From positions 9,562,505 through 9,626,504 of the forward strand of contig NC_068989.1 of assembly GCF_001194135.2 (NCBI RefSeq): a stretch of DNA of 64,000 nucleotides, in the 5' to 3' direction. The DNA is from Octopus bimaculoides (taxonomy: Eukaryota). Under the pieces are notes generated by a model. That model ran no database searches and was not told the origin of the DNA. It worked only from the letters and a program-made list of their open reading frames with translations. Positions 12,850 through 24,869 of the stretch are shown here, piece after piece. The position numbers and the translations under genes are program-made. How positions within the stretch are numbered: position 1 is the first letter of the stretch; each line of letters starts with the position of its first letter.

Positions 12850-14200
12850 TGAATATGCTAACATGGCTCTCATGTATGCCAGTTTGAACAGGATGTCCCT
12901 CAGTGCCTCCAGTTTTGCAGCTGTGACTCTTAAGTTTTTACTTCCTAGTACTCACAGTGGCATTTATCTGGGGTGGGTTGAGCTGGTTCTGACCAAAGAG
13001 TTCACCACATCCGTCACAAATGCTAACCACATCTGACAGTCGGGCCTTATGTTCCAACAAACAAAGTAATGCTTTCATCTACATCCTAAAAATCTAGCTT
13101 GCAATTTTGACAAACGCCCCACCGGGAGAGCAAATGCGTTGGACAGCAGAGATGCCATAGCTGAAGTCATCATTTGTTGTTCAAGTATCGAGTTCATCTT
13201 TGGAGTTTCAGTGGGAATACAAATTCAACTGTGCCCCCCCACCACCACCACCAGTCACATGCAATGAAGTTTTTACATGTAGCAAAGAAGAGATATGACA
13301 CCTTGAATGGAACAAGCATCTTGATTTGGAATGGTTCTGATTGATGCTTGTTTAGGCTGACCATCAAACAGGTTCTGCTGTTCATTGAAGTAAACCAGCC
13401 TCTGAAAACAGCACCAAAATTGCCTACACTCAATACCACCACTAAGTATCTTATCAAAGGTTTTGTATTAGACCATGTGTATCTGAGAAATACTGAAACC
13501 AGATTTATAAAACACCCTTTCCATAGTGTATCTCCTCAGGTGGAGATTGTCAGGAATAAAACTCCCCAGGATCACAGAGCTCTGCTCTTTCTGGAATATT
13601 CAACAAACACCAACCAGTTTGCTATTATTGTAGCCAAAATCTCATAATTTGCATTTAACAGATTAGACCTCACCCTGTGTATGCATTCTTCCTTAGTAGT
13701 GTTTCAACTCTCCAGTTACCAAAACATGAATTCCTTTGTTCTGCTATCAATTGCAATACACATCTGCCAAAATGCCAACAAACCTATATGGCATGTGCAC
13801 ATAAACTTCAGTGAGCAAACTATCAAAGCCAGATGAGTTGCCTCTTGTACAGTCACTTATCAGTTGTATCACAGTTACAGTTTACAATTTTTCGCAGACA
13901 CTTCCATATGCCCAAATCCAATTGATAAAAACCACACTACAACATCTATCAGTCAGGGCCTTCATTAGTTGCTCTTTTGAGAGCACACTGAACATCCTTC
14001 TGCTTTTTGAGAGACAAAGATATACCACTTTTCTCCTTGCTTGTGCTTGAATAACTTCAAGCAAGTAGACACATGCTTTTGTAACACACTGCTGCCGCAT
14101 TTACTTTCCTGATTGTATTCAATTTATGTCCAAAAATTGCCTATTTCCAATGATGTCAGTCAAACTGCATCCATTGCAACTAATCTTCTCATTCAGCAAA
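12850..14200 (-). pseudogene. Degenerate L1/Tx1-clade LINE ORF2 (RT) fragment
   Basis: SDCTRGNSSGFDSL..EVY..MP..F..ILADVYCN, LLNANYEILATIIAN, EQSSVILGSFIPDNLHL.RYTMERV, RYLVVVL..GNFGAVFRGW..M.S...V..N.H.SEPF.I. The left boundary is less certain. Confidence 0.85.
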
Positions 14201-14737
14201 AAATGAATGTGCAAGTGTTGTTGTTGTTTTTGTTGTTGTTGTTGCTGTTGTTGTTGTTGTTGTTGTTGTTGTTGCCATACTTGTAGCTAGAAATGTTTTC
14301 ACTAATGTTGCCATCAACAGAAATGTCACTATTTCCTCGCCTCCAAATACGTGTACTTTATTGTAGAATGTTTTTGTTCATTCCTTTTCTTTTATTTTTG
14401 GGGGTCTTTTTGTTGGGTTTTTTTTTTTTTTGTTATTTAATTTCTCTAAAGATGTTTTCATTCTGGTTCAAAATGTTGGGAGCATTCTCATTTAAAGAAG
14501 CCATATTGTTGACAAATGAAGACGATTACTTTTTGCTTGTTTGTTTTTGTCTATTTTTTTGCAGGTTAAAAATTCTTTTCCCCAAATGGAGGAAAATGAT
14601 GCAAGCATTAATTAATTACCTTTCTAAGTAGAAATTCTGAAATAAATAAAATATCTTTCCACTTAATTTTTTCCTAGTAAATCCCCAGGTCTAATATATC
14701 TGATTGATAGAAACACAACAACAACAACAACAGCAAT

Positions 14738-14905
14738 AATCCTTTCTACGATAAGCACAAGGCCTGAAATTTTCGGGGAAGGGTTAGCTGATTACGTGAC
14801 CCCCAGCCGATAGGATGAAAGCTATAGATGACCTCAGTGGAATTTGAACTTGGAACATAAAGACAGATGAAATACCACTAAGCATTTTGTCCAGCATTCT
14901 AACAA
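14738..14905 (-). mobile_element. SINE A2 (A head/core with a different 3' tail), internally deleted
   Basis: Reverse complement of ...AAATTTCAGGCCTTGTG..TAG.AAGGATTATT tail plus A head. Confidence 0.75.
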
Positions 14906-15164
14906 TGATGATAATAATAATAATAATGGTGGTGGTGGTGGTGGTGGTGATGGTCGCTCCTGTTGATTTTGATGTATGAGTGTTTGAAGGAGAGGATTTA
15001 GAAAAAATAAATAAACAAAAAAGAAAACAGCTTTCAAAGATAAAAGACCCAAAAGAAGCTGCATCTATTTATGATGGTGGTATGATTCTTTATAGGCTTA
15101 AGGGTGGATGCACACAAATAATTGCATACAAATAAAGCATGTTGGGGTGGACAAGACAGAATGA

Positions 15165-15374
15165 TACTCTTTTACTTGTTTCAGTCATTTTACTGCGGCC
15201 ATGCTGGAGCACCGCCTTTAGTCGAGCAAATCGACCCCAGGACTTATTCTTTGTAAGCCTAGTACTTATTCTATCAGTCTCTTTTTGCCGAACCGCTAAG
15301 TTACAGGGATGCAAACACACCAGCACAGGTTATCAAGCGATGGTGGGGGGACAAACACAGGCACACAAACATAT

Positions 15375-15433
<59 letters not shown>
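15165..15433 (-). mobile_element. SINE B, 3' half
   Basis: Homology to the other B copies. Confidence 0.88.
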
Positions 15434-15436
<3 letters not shown>

Positions 15437-16064
15437 ACACAGCAATGACATCGATTACAGCAACAACAATATGAACACACAAGTTCTTTGACCAACAACC
15501 ATAATACGTATGTGTTTCACCAAGTGATGGCTTGCACATCCATTTTTTTAAATTTTTATGAGAATGGACAGAAATTCAAAATTTAGAAACAGGAAGCACG
15601 TTTCCAGCTTTTCTTCTTTTGCTGGAGCAACCTCCAAGATTGGCACTCAATATGAATTAATCTGGCAGAGAGAGTGTCTGCCTACTAGAGCTGTGTGACA
15701 GGGGTAAGTGCATCAGTATGGCAGTCCTTTATCTAACAGCAAGAAGGAAAACATTAAGTTATCTCTTTACCTCAAAAGACAGGATATTTTCTCATGCTAC
15801 CAAAAGATCCAATGCAGGCAACCATAACCAATGCATGAAGTAATGTAATCATCATGAGTCAATGAAGAAATTACGGAACCAACAAAACCAAAGACCAAGA
15901 AACAGACAACCAAGAAGCCAATGAGCCTTCTCCCTATAAAGCTATCCTGTCCTCTTTTGGCAAAGAGAAGGAAATCAACCAAGAACAGAAAAGAGAAACT
16001 ACCAAGAACAGTGGAAACGGCAAGTATTAATGATAATAAACATTTCTAATTTAAACTTAGAAAG

Positions 16065-16385
16065 CATGTAACTTAGTGGTTAGGGGTATTTGGTCCATGA
16101 TAATGAGGTTACAAGTTCAATTCCTAGTGATGCATTGGGTCCTTGAGTCCTTGAGCAATATACTTCATTTCATGTTGTTCCAGTCGATTCAACTGGCAGA
16201 AATGAGTAGAACCTGTATTTCAAAGGGCCAGCCTTGTCACACTCTGTGTCATGCTGAATCTCCCTGAAAACTACATTAAGGGTACATGTGTCTGTGGAGT
16301 GCTCAGCCACTTGCACATTAGTTTCACAAGCAGGCTGTTCTGTCGATCAGATCAACTGGAACCCTTCTCATCGGAACCAGTTAAT
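16065..16385 (+). mobile_element. SINE D2 (tRNA head + V-SINE-like core + D tail)
   Basis: TAGTGGTTAGG...GTTCAATTCC head; CCTTGAGCAA.A.ACTTCATTTCA core; tail shared with 36229-36510. Confidence 0.75.
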
Positions 16386-16834
16386 TTAGACTCAAAGCCG
16401 GTAATTTTGAAGGAATGGGGTTGGTCAGTACCATCAGGTCTCATACTTGTTTGGTACTTTATTTCAGTGACCCCAAGAGAATGAAAGGTAAAGATGATAT
16501 TGGTGGGATTTGAATTCAGAATGCAAAGGACCAAAACAAATACCACAAAGCATTTATTCCAAATGAAAATAAAAAGATTCCTCCAAAAGGTAGAAAATGG
16601 ACTGGAGGTGAACATGAATGAAACAAACAAAATGTTAATTGCTTTCACTGCCTGCCAGTCATCACAAATCCACAAGGTGATAAAGCATGCAAAATACAGA
16701 ATACCTGTGAGAGTTACCTTTATTGGCTATAGATGACTGTATTTAAATCACAACAAAATCATATGTCATTTCTTGCTTGCTCCAACGTTTGAACCATTCA
16801 TGAGCACTTTCAGAACGAAAGAGTTTTAGTACCT

Positions 16835-16930
16835 GGATGAAGTTGTGGATCTCATTCAAAATGATCTCATTCAGGAAGTTGTGGATCTCATCCAGGATGT
16901 TGTGGATCTCATCCAGGATGTTGTGGAGAG
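16835..16930. repeat. 21-bp tandem repeat (GATGTTGTGGATCTCATCCAG), about 4 units
   Basis: Seen directly; gives the DLIQDVV repeat ORF. Confidence 0.85.
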
Positions 16931-17182
16931 GATTAAAATGGCCTCATTCATGAAGTTTGTCTCATTAAATCATGTACCATTTTTTGTTATATCTGTGTAT
17001 ATATATATTGATTTAATTATTTTGTGTAATTTAAATAAATGTTATACATCTCAACATATTGTATAACCACCTCATTCATTTTTATTTTGCTTTGTTAGTT
17101 ATCCCCAAATATTTTGTATTACCACTGTACACATTTTTTATTGAATAATTGAATGGGAACTGGTAGCAATAATAAAGGAAAG

Positions 17183-17233
<51 letters not shown>

Positions 17234-18067
17234 GTCATTGTCATTGTCCTTGTTGTTGTTCTGCCTTGTGATGAATGGACATTTTTAACAAAGCCATGAA
17301 AATTTGATTTTACTATGTTTGATTTGATGGAAAGGGTATTTTTTTTGATAATTCTTTTGCCAACAAAGGACTTTAGAACATTTGTGCGTCCATCTCATTA
17401 CTCTGGGGATGATAAAACAAGGTTTCTCCTTGAATATTATTTTATATTTGATATTTGTACAAACATTTGTTTGCTGGTAGTATTCAAGATGGCCACATCA
17501 GAGATGCAGAAAGAAATGCTAGCCACAAAAATAGTAGCACAAAAATATTTTGAGATAAAAAAAAAAAGTAGATAAATAATTTTAAAATGAATAAAAACAG
17601 GTTTTTTTTAAAAAAAAGTAGTAACAGAGGAAAAAAAAGGATGGTTGTGTAGATAGACATGTTTATAAACACAGACATTCATACTTTAACAAGCACAAAT
17701 AGGGAAAACAGAAACTTTGAAAACAAAGTTTTCAGAATGAAATATTGATTATGGATCAGCTCTCAGTAAAAAGAAACAAAATGTTGGAGGTATGTTACAA
17801 AGGATTGTACCTCCTTTCCTGACAATATCATTAAAGAGAGGGCAAGGAGGAAAGTGATATGCCACTACTTCTTGACAAATGGGAAGAGTTTCCGTATCCA
17901 CACTCACAGGTGCAGTTATCAGAAATCCTGCCCAATGTTTACGAATATGTTTGTAAACACAGGCATTTTTACTTTAACAATTATAAGTGGCAAACACGAT
18001 GTATAGTATGATATGTACTCAATGGATGAATGTAGAGTGTATAGAAGTGAGTGTCTGACATATAAGA

Positions 18068-18612
18068 CAACAACAAGGGTTCCATTTGATACAATCAACG
18101 GAACAACCTGCTCATGAAATTAACAAGCAAATGGCTGAGTACTCCGCAGACATGTGAACCCAGACAAGGTGGTGAGCTGGTAGAAATGTTAGCATGCTGG
18201 GCGAAATGCTTAGCGGTATTTCGTCTGCCGCTATGTTCTGAGTTCGAATTCCGCAGAGGTCAACTTTGCCTTTAATCCTTTCGGGGTCGGTTAAATAAGT
18301 ACCAGTTACGCACTGAGGTCGACATAATCGACTTAATCCGTTTGTCTGTCCATGTTTGTCCCTTCTGTGTGTAACCCCTTGTGGCCAGTAAAGAAATAAG
18401 ACATGTGAACCCTTAATGGAAATTCAGTGTCACACAGAATATGACAAGGCTGACTCCTTTGAAATACAGTTACGACTCATTTTTGCCAGCTGGATTGACT
18501 GGATCAATGTGAAATAAAGTGTCTTGCTCAAGGACACAATATGCTGCTGAGAATCGAACTCATGACCTTATGATCTTGAGCTGAATACCCTAACCACCAA
18601 GCCATATGCCTC
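18068..18612 (-). mobile_element. SINE D2 interrupted by SINE A (18162-18398, +)
   Basis: TSD AGACATGTGAACCC at 18148-18161 and 18399-18412; the flanks are the reverse complement of 16065-16385. Confidence 0.88.
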
Positions 18613-19760
18613 TTCTAATAATATTGTATAAGGTACATTAATTCTATGTTATTCTGTTTCTGCCGCACCATAACTTTTTTCCCTTCCCGTGTAAAAATAT
18701 TGAAGCCAAACAAGCCAAAACAGAAAACCAGGATTTGAAATACCAACCCCATGGCTGGTAATAGGAACCGTTTTATCATTAGAATGGAGCCTCGAGGGCA
18801 GATATTTTATACAAACTAAATTTGCATTAAAAAACAATATATGAACCTGAAGACATCCAGTCTTTTTTTTCACCTGTTTGTTTTTTTTTTTGTTTTTTTT
18901 ATTTTGCCTTCGTTGTGTGTCCATTCTAAGATAAGGGTGTTACTTCAGAACAGTGTGTTCACACTAATCTAATGAAGTTAATCACACAAAATAAAGTTTT
19001 TTAAAAAAGTAAGAAAATAATATAAAACAAATCAATAAATAAATGAAAACTACTTGAAAAATCCTAAGTTGGATATTGATTTTCTTGTTCAAGATCTGAA
19101 AATATTGTTTGGATCTCTCCTTCAAAGCACCATATTGAAATGGGCTGTGGCCAAGCTATGGAGGTTATAACCCAGAAAAACCGATTCCTCAGTGTCATGA
19201 TTATCTCTCCCTACCAACTTGCATTTTTTTTTATGTCTTTTATTTAGTTTTTATTCTTTTTCTTAGTGAGAGATCCTTCTAGCTTTGAAACAAAATTAAT
19301 TTTGCTTTTAATGTCCTGCTGCTAATGGAGAGGAATTTATCAAGCTCTGAGATCATTAATTATGAAAGATGTTGACTAAGAATCAAATTCCAGATGTCAA
19401 AGACCTGTCTAAGGCTTCACAGATCTCATTGAATTGTTGATCACCTTGCCCTACCTTTCATCTTCAATCTTTCTTCTTATTCTAACCTTGCCTCCTACAA
19501 TGACTTCCTAAAGTTGAAGCTTCCAGCTGTGGTTTGCATATTTTATAACAAGCACTACAAGAAGATTTTCAGATCTTAAAATATAAAACTCTTGAAATTC
19601 TCTGCCATGCATACTTTTCCTCTTGCTACCTCTGACCACCGAGACTAAGAATAATTGACATTCTGACAGTAAATATCTTAACACATTTATGCTCTTCTGG
19701 CAAAGCATGAAAGCCACAACTTCCTTCTTCGACTCCTCTAAAATACTTTATGATTAAAAG

Positions 19761-20130
19761 ACATGGCTGTGTTGCTGAGAATCTCAGTTTGAAATCACAT
19801 GGTTTCAGGGTCAGTTCCACACTGCTCAGCGCTTTGGGCCAAGTGTCTTTTACTATTGCTTCAGGCCAACCAATGCCTTTTGAATGAATTTTATAGACGG
19901 AAACTGTGTTGAAGCCTACGGTGTAAACATATTCTCTTTTTCTCAAAGCACACAAGTAGAGTCATTAGCATGGTGGATAAAATTTTTAGTAATATTTCTT
20001 CCAGTTTTACATTCTAAGTTCAAATTCTGCCAAGATCAACTTTGGCTTAATCCTTCCAGGGTGAATAAAATAAAGTACCAGGTAAGCAATAAAGCTGATT
20101 TAATTACCTAGCTCCCTCCCCTTAAATTTT
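19761..20130 (+). mobile_element. Old diverged SINE B 5' part followed by a diverged SINE A2
   Basis: Degenerate homology to the B head and the A core. Confidence 0.65.
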
Positions 20131-20541
20131 TAATCTTAGGTAATCATACACAGTACCATTTCATTTTTTTTTCTAAATCCCTTTACTTTGGAATTTCTTT
20201 TCTTGTCTTTTTTTTTAATTTATTTAATTTATTTATTTATTTTCGATTAAACCCCTGAAGGCAAAGCAAAGATTTCCACAAGAAAGAAAATTGGAATTTG
20301 AAAATTTTGATGAATTGCCTGTCTTTTTATGGTGACAGAATTAACTCTTCTTCATAACTTTATTTCTTTCAACTTTTCACCTTTTACTTATCTGATTTCA
20401 ATAAGTACACACAACTTCGACTATAAATAACATAATTCTCAATTGAACGCACTATCGATGCAAATATAGTTTTCCTCTATAACTATGAGTTCCATAGCTA
20501 CTCTACTGAAGATGTTGGTAGGCACAGGTATGGCTTGATAT

Positions 20542-20605
20542 GTGCAGGCATGCTTACAGATGCAGGTGTGCTTACAGATGCAGGTGTGCTTACAGATGCA
20601 GGCAA
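20542..20605. repeat. 18-bp tandem repeat (ATGCAGGTGTGCTTACAG), about 3.5 units
   Basis: Seen directly. Confidence 0.85.
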
Positions 20606-20666
20606 GGCTTAAGGTTGACTGCATTTACATACTTGAAGTCAGTGTTGGCAGAAATTAAATTAGCTT

Positions 20667-20900
20667 AAGCGGCGAGATGGCAGAAACGTTAGCACGCCAG
20701 GCGAAATACTTAGCGGTATTTCATCTGCCTTTATGTTCTAAGTTCAAATTCTGCCCAGGTCGACTTTGCCTTTTATCCTTTCGGGGGGTCGATTAAATAA
20801 GTACCAGTTATGCACTGAGGTCGATGTAATCGACTTAATCCCTTTGTCTGTCCTTGTTTGTCTCCTCTATGTTTAGCCCCTTGTGGGCAATAAAAAAATA
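20667..20900 (+). mobile_element. SINE A, full length
   Basis: TSD AGAAATTAAAT(T/C)AGCTT at 20650-20666 and 20901-20917. Confidence 0.92.
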
Positions 20901-20988
20901 AGAAATTAAATCAGCTTGTAAATACATGTTCACTTTACTAAATTTATACTCGGGCTAAGCCCAAACAACCCGAGTGCCAGAGCTGCCA

Positions 20989-21073
<85 letters not shown>

Positions 21074-21241
21074 AAAGGATGTTTTGTAACACTATTCCAC
21101 ATATACAAAAACAGCCATGCCAACAATCCAATATACCTCCATCATCAGCTGCCCCACTGATATCATTATGGTTTCGACATATATATATATATGCACACAT
21201 ATATATGAATGTGCGTGCATGTGTTTATATGTTTCTGTGTC

Positions 21242-21293
<52 letters not shown>

Positions 21294-21430
21294 CCTCCCC
21301 GCCACCACCACTACACCACTGGTGTTACTTTGTTTACACCCCACCCATAACTTAATGATTCAATAAAAGAGACTGTTAGATTAAGCACTAGACTTAGAAA
21401 AATAATTATTGGGTTGATATNNNNNNNNNN

Positions 21431-21600
21431 CATTTCGCCTGTCTTCACATTCTGAATTTAAATTCTGATTAGGTCGACTTTGCCTTGTATCGTTTCAGGG
21501 TTGAAGAAATAGGTACCAGTTGAGTACCGGGGTTAATGCAATTGACTTACCCTTCCCCCAAACTTACTGATCTTGTACCAAAATTTGAAACCATTATTAT
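21431..21600 (+). mobile_element. SINE A2
   Basis: A core plus A2-type tail ending in (ATT)n/(GTT)n. Confidence 0.75.
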
Positions 21601-21644
21601 TATTGTTGTTGTTGTTGTTGTTGTTGTGTCTGGGTAGAGTCATT

Positions 21645-21775
21645 CTCATTTAGTGCCTTATAATTTAACACACTCACCGGTAAAATTTCCACTTATTTCT
21701 TTTTTTATTTTTCTAAAATTTTCATTGCATCTCACAACCTCTACAATAGTTTTGGACCCTGTCCATTATTCACAC
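21645..21775 (-). mobile_element. Second, decayed copy of the 11685-11800 Penelope-like terminus
   Basis: Minus strand: cta-TTGTAGA-G-GTTGT gagat GCAAT-GAAA-ATT-T-tag, with colinear downstream sequence. Confidence 0.6.
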
Positions 21776-21779
21776 GGTG

Positions 21780-21954
21780 TTCCTGCTTAGTGGTATTTCG
21801 TCTGTCTTCACATTCTGAGTTCAAGTTCTGCTAGAGTTGACTTTCCCTTTCATTCTTTCGGGGGTCGATGAATCAAGTACCAGTGAAACACTGGGGTTGA
21901 TGTGATGGACTATTTTCCACCCCCCAAAATCTCAGGCCTTGTGCCTTTAGAGGA

Positions 21955-22009
<55 letters not shown>

Positions 22010-22010
22010 T
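21780..22010 (+). mobile_element. SINE A2 with a long (TAT)n tail
   Basis: A core, CCCCCAAAATCTCAGGCCTTGTGCC tail, then (TAT)n from ~21958. Confidence 0.85.
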
Positions 22011-22302
22011 TATGTTTGACTTTTGTTTTGCATTTGTACAAGTTGGATCCAAGTCTCACCCAGAGACCTCAAGAGACAACAAGTTAGAAGTTCATGTAGG
22101 TGTTATGCCTAGGGTACCATATATTTGGATTTGTACAGTTTTGTTCAAGTGAATGTTTAAGAAACCATAAGAAAATTATGTGTTTGCTTTAAAATTTGAG
22201 ATCACATAGACAGTATTTTACGTAGGATATGGGCAGTTCCCATGAGCACTATCTTTTGAACTTCAGCCATTTTGGGGTTTCCTGGAATCTGATTTAGGTA
22301 GT
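22011..22302 (-). mobile_element. 5'-truncated R4/Dong-like (RLE) non-LTR retrotransposon 3' end
   Basis: Encodes LNQIPGNPKMAEVQKIVLMGTAHILRKILSM*, like the R4-clade C-terminus Q...L.GTA.ILR; flanked by (TAA)n on both sides. Confidence 0.75.
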
Positions 22303-22922
22303 ATTATTATNNNNNNNNNNNNNNNNNNNNNNNNNNNNNNNNNNNNNNNNNNNNNNNNNNNNNNNNNNNNNNNNNNNNNNNNNNNNNNNNNNNNNNNNNN
22401 NNNNNNNNNNNNNNNNNNNNNNNNNNNNNNNNNNNNNNNNNNNNNNNNNNNNNNNNNNNNNNNNNNNNNNNNNNNNNNNNNNNNNNNNNNNNNNNNNNNN
22501 NNNNNNNNNNNNNNNNNNNNNNNNNNNNNNNNNNNNNNNNNNNNNNNNNNNNNNNNNNNNNNNNNNNNNNNNNNNNNNNNNNNNNNNNNNNNNNNNNNNN
22601 NNNNNNNNNNNNNNNNNNNNNNNNNNNNNNNNNNNNNNNNNNNNNNNNNNNNNNNNNNNNNNNNNNNNNNNNNNNNNNNNNNNNNNNNNNNNNNNNNNNN
22701 NNNNNNNNNNNNNNNNNNNNNNNNNNNNNNNNNNNNNNNNNNNNNNNNNNNNNNNNNNNNNNNNNNNNNNNNNNNNNNNNNNNNNNNNNNNNNNNNNNNN
22801 NNNNNNNNNNNNNNNNNNNNNNNNNNNNNNNNNNNNNNNNNNNNNNNNNNNNNNNNNNNNNNNNNNNNNNNNNNNNNNNNNNNNNNNNNNNNNNNNNNNN
22901 NNNNNNNNNNNNNNNNNNNNNN

Positions 22923-23200
22923 TGGTATGACGTCAGCAACTGGGGAGCTGACCTCTGACCAGAACCGTGAAGTGACCGAAATGGCGAGCTGACCGGAAGA
23001 GGAAGAAGGGCCGAGGGAGCCTCGATCTGGATTTCGTGCCCTTTTCGAATGGGGTTGTTGTGAGGAGAGGACGAGCCAAGCAATCATCTAGGTGTTGGGA
23101 GAAGCAGCTGCTATTTCTAGTGTTCTTCGGGTCGGGCGAGCCGCGAGGATTGGATACCGCGGGACAGACTCGTGCAAAGGAAGGAAAACTGAGGTAAGCC
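22923..23200 (+). promoter_or_regulatory. CpG-rich island with CRE, YY1-like and ETS-like motifs and a 5' splice donor (host promoter/first exon or young TE 5' end)
   Basis: About 20 CpGs in ~300 bp; TGACGTCA 22928-22935, AAATGGCG ~22978-22985, ACCGGAAG 22992-22999; GAG|gtaagc at 23193/23194. Confidence 0.3.
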
Positions 23201-23304
23201 GATTACTTCTACTCGCATGCATACACCACATACATACATCACTGGCATGCTTAGCCCTGTTCACAAGTTGAGGTATATTAGACATGAAGTCTAATATACC
23301 TCAA

Positions 23305-23578
23305 CGGGGACATAAACAACACACCAGCATCGGTTGTCAAGCAATGCTAGGGGGACAAACACAGACACACAAACACACACACACACATACACACATATAT
23401 ATATATATACATATATACAACGGGCTTCTTTCAGGTTCCGTCTACCAAATCCACTCACAAGGCTTTAGTCAGCCCGAGGCTATAGTAGAAGACACTTGCC
23501 CAAGGTGCCATGCAGTGGGACTGAACCCAGAACCATGTAGTTCGTAAGCAAGCTACTTACCGCACAGCCACTCCTGCG
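23305..23578 (-). mobile_element. SINE B lacking its 3' end
   Basis: Homology to the other B copies. Confidence 0.88.
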
Positions 23579-23589
23579 TTGTTGATCGT

Positions 23590-23760
23590 ATGCAAAGCCT
23601 GTTTTTACCTCTTGGAAGAAGTGGCCCATAATAATCTGGCCTTTGTCTTTTGACCTGTCTAGGGTGAGCAGTCCTACCTGGAGCCCTAGATCTCTGCTGG
23701 CATAGCACTCAGAGTAATTGAAGCACGGAAGCTATCACATCACAACAAGGACTGGACCTT
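23590..23760 (-). mobile_element. Decayed RTE-type 5'UTR-like fragment
   Basis: Minus strand ...GAGTGCTATGCCAGC...GGTAGGAC..CACCC..GACAGGTCAAA resembles RTE 5' ends as I recall them; not verified. Confidence 0.35.
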
Positions 23761-24836
23761 GTTATGGAATACACTGCCCAGGACTGATGTTTTATTTTAT
23801 TGATCCCAGAAGAATCAAAGACAAAGATGATTTCCCATCAGGGATTGAAATCAGAACATGAAGAATCAAAAGAAATACTGCTGGACATTTCGTCTGACAC
23901 TCTTATCATTTTGCTAGTCTGTGCCGTCTGAATCTAATGTACACCACTGATTATAAAAACAACTCTGATAACTGTTACATAGTGTTCGTAACAACAAGTG
24001 ACACATCTCAAATAATTGTGACAGATCTTCTCTGGTGGCTGTCACACTAGAATATTCACATGGTAATATCAAATAAACTTTCTTCTTTTATCTTATATTT
24101 CATATCCCAATCTGTATATTTTATACCAATCCGTTCTTTCTTCTTTCGCTGTGAGGCAAAACTAAAGCAACCAACCTCAAGAAGGGTAATTGATAAGGCC
24201 AGTGTTTGAAGAAAACTTTACAAGATATCAGCTATCTAAAAACATACTTGATTAATTCAAATTTTATTCTCATTTTACAATTTCTTACTGAAGAAGTAAA
24301 TTTGCATTTCATTCTTCAAAGTCTTTTTCTCTGTTGAGATCATAGAAGATGTTTTTATGTTAGAATTTGTACCAGCTCAAATTGCTTTGGAAATTTTTTT
24401 AATTTTTTTTTTTATATAAGCTTAAACCTCCGCTCTGCAAGATAATTTGAAGCAAAAAGAAAAAAAAAATTCTTATTCTTTAATTTTCTTTCATATTTCT
24501 TTCTTTATTTATTTTTTTCCTTATCTGTTTTGCTTAGTTATTTGGTTGGTGATGTTTTTGTTGTTGGTCTTCTCAGTTTCAAATATTTGGTTTTTACTTA
24601 ATATATTGCTATTCAACTTGTAGTCTTGCAATGTTTAAACTATTTANNNNNNNNNNNNNNNNNNNNNNNNNNNNNNNNNNNNNNNNNNNNNNNNNNNNNN
24701 NNNNNNNNNNNNNNNNNNNNNNNNNNNNNNNNNNNNNNNNNNNNNNNNNNNNNNNNNNNNNNNNNNNNNNNNNNNNNNNNNNNNNNNNNNNNNNNNNNNN
24801 NNNNNNNNNNNNNNNNNNNNNNNNNNNNNNNNNNNN

Positions 24837-24869
<33 letters not shown>

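Noticed and set aside
15780-16030. A-rich purine-biased segment with partly open frames
   Set aside because: It may be a TE relic, but no motif could be assigned.
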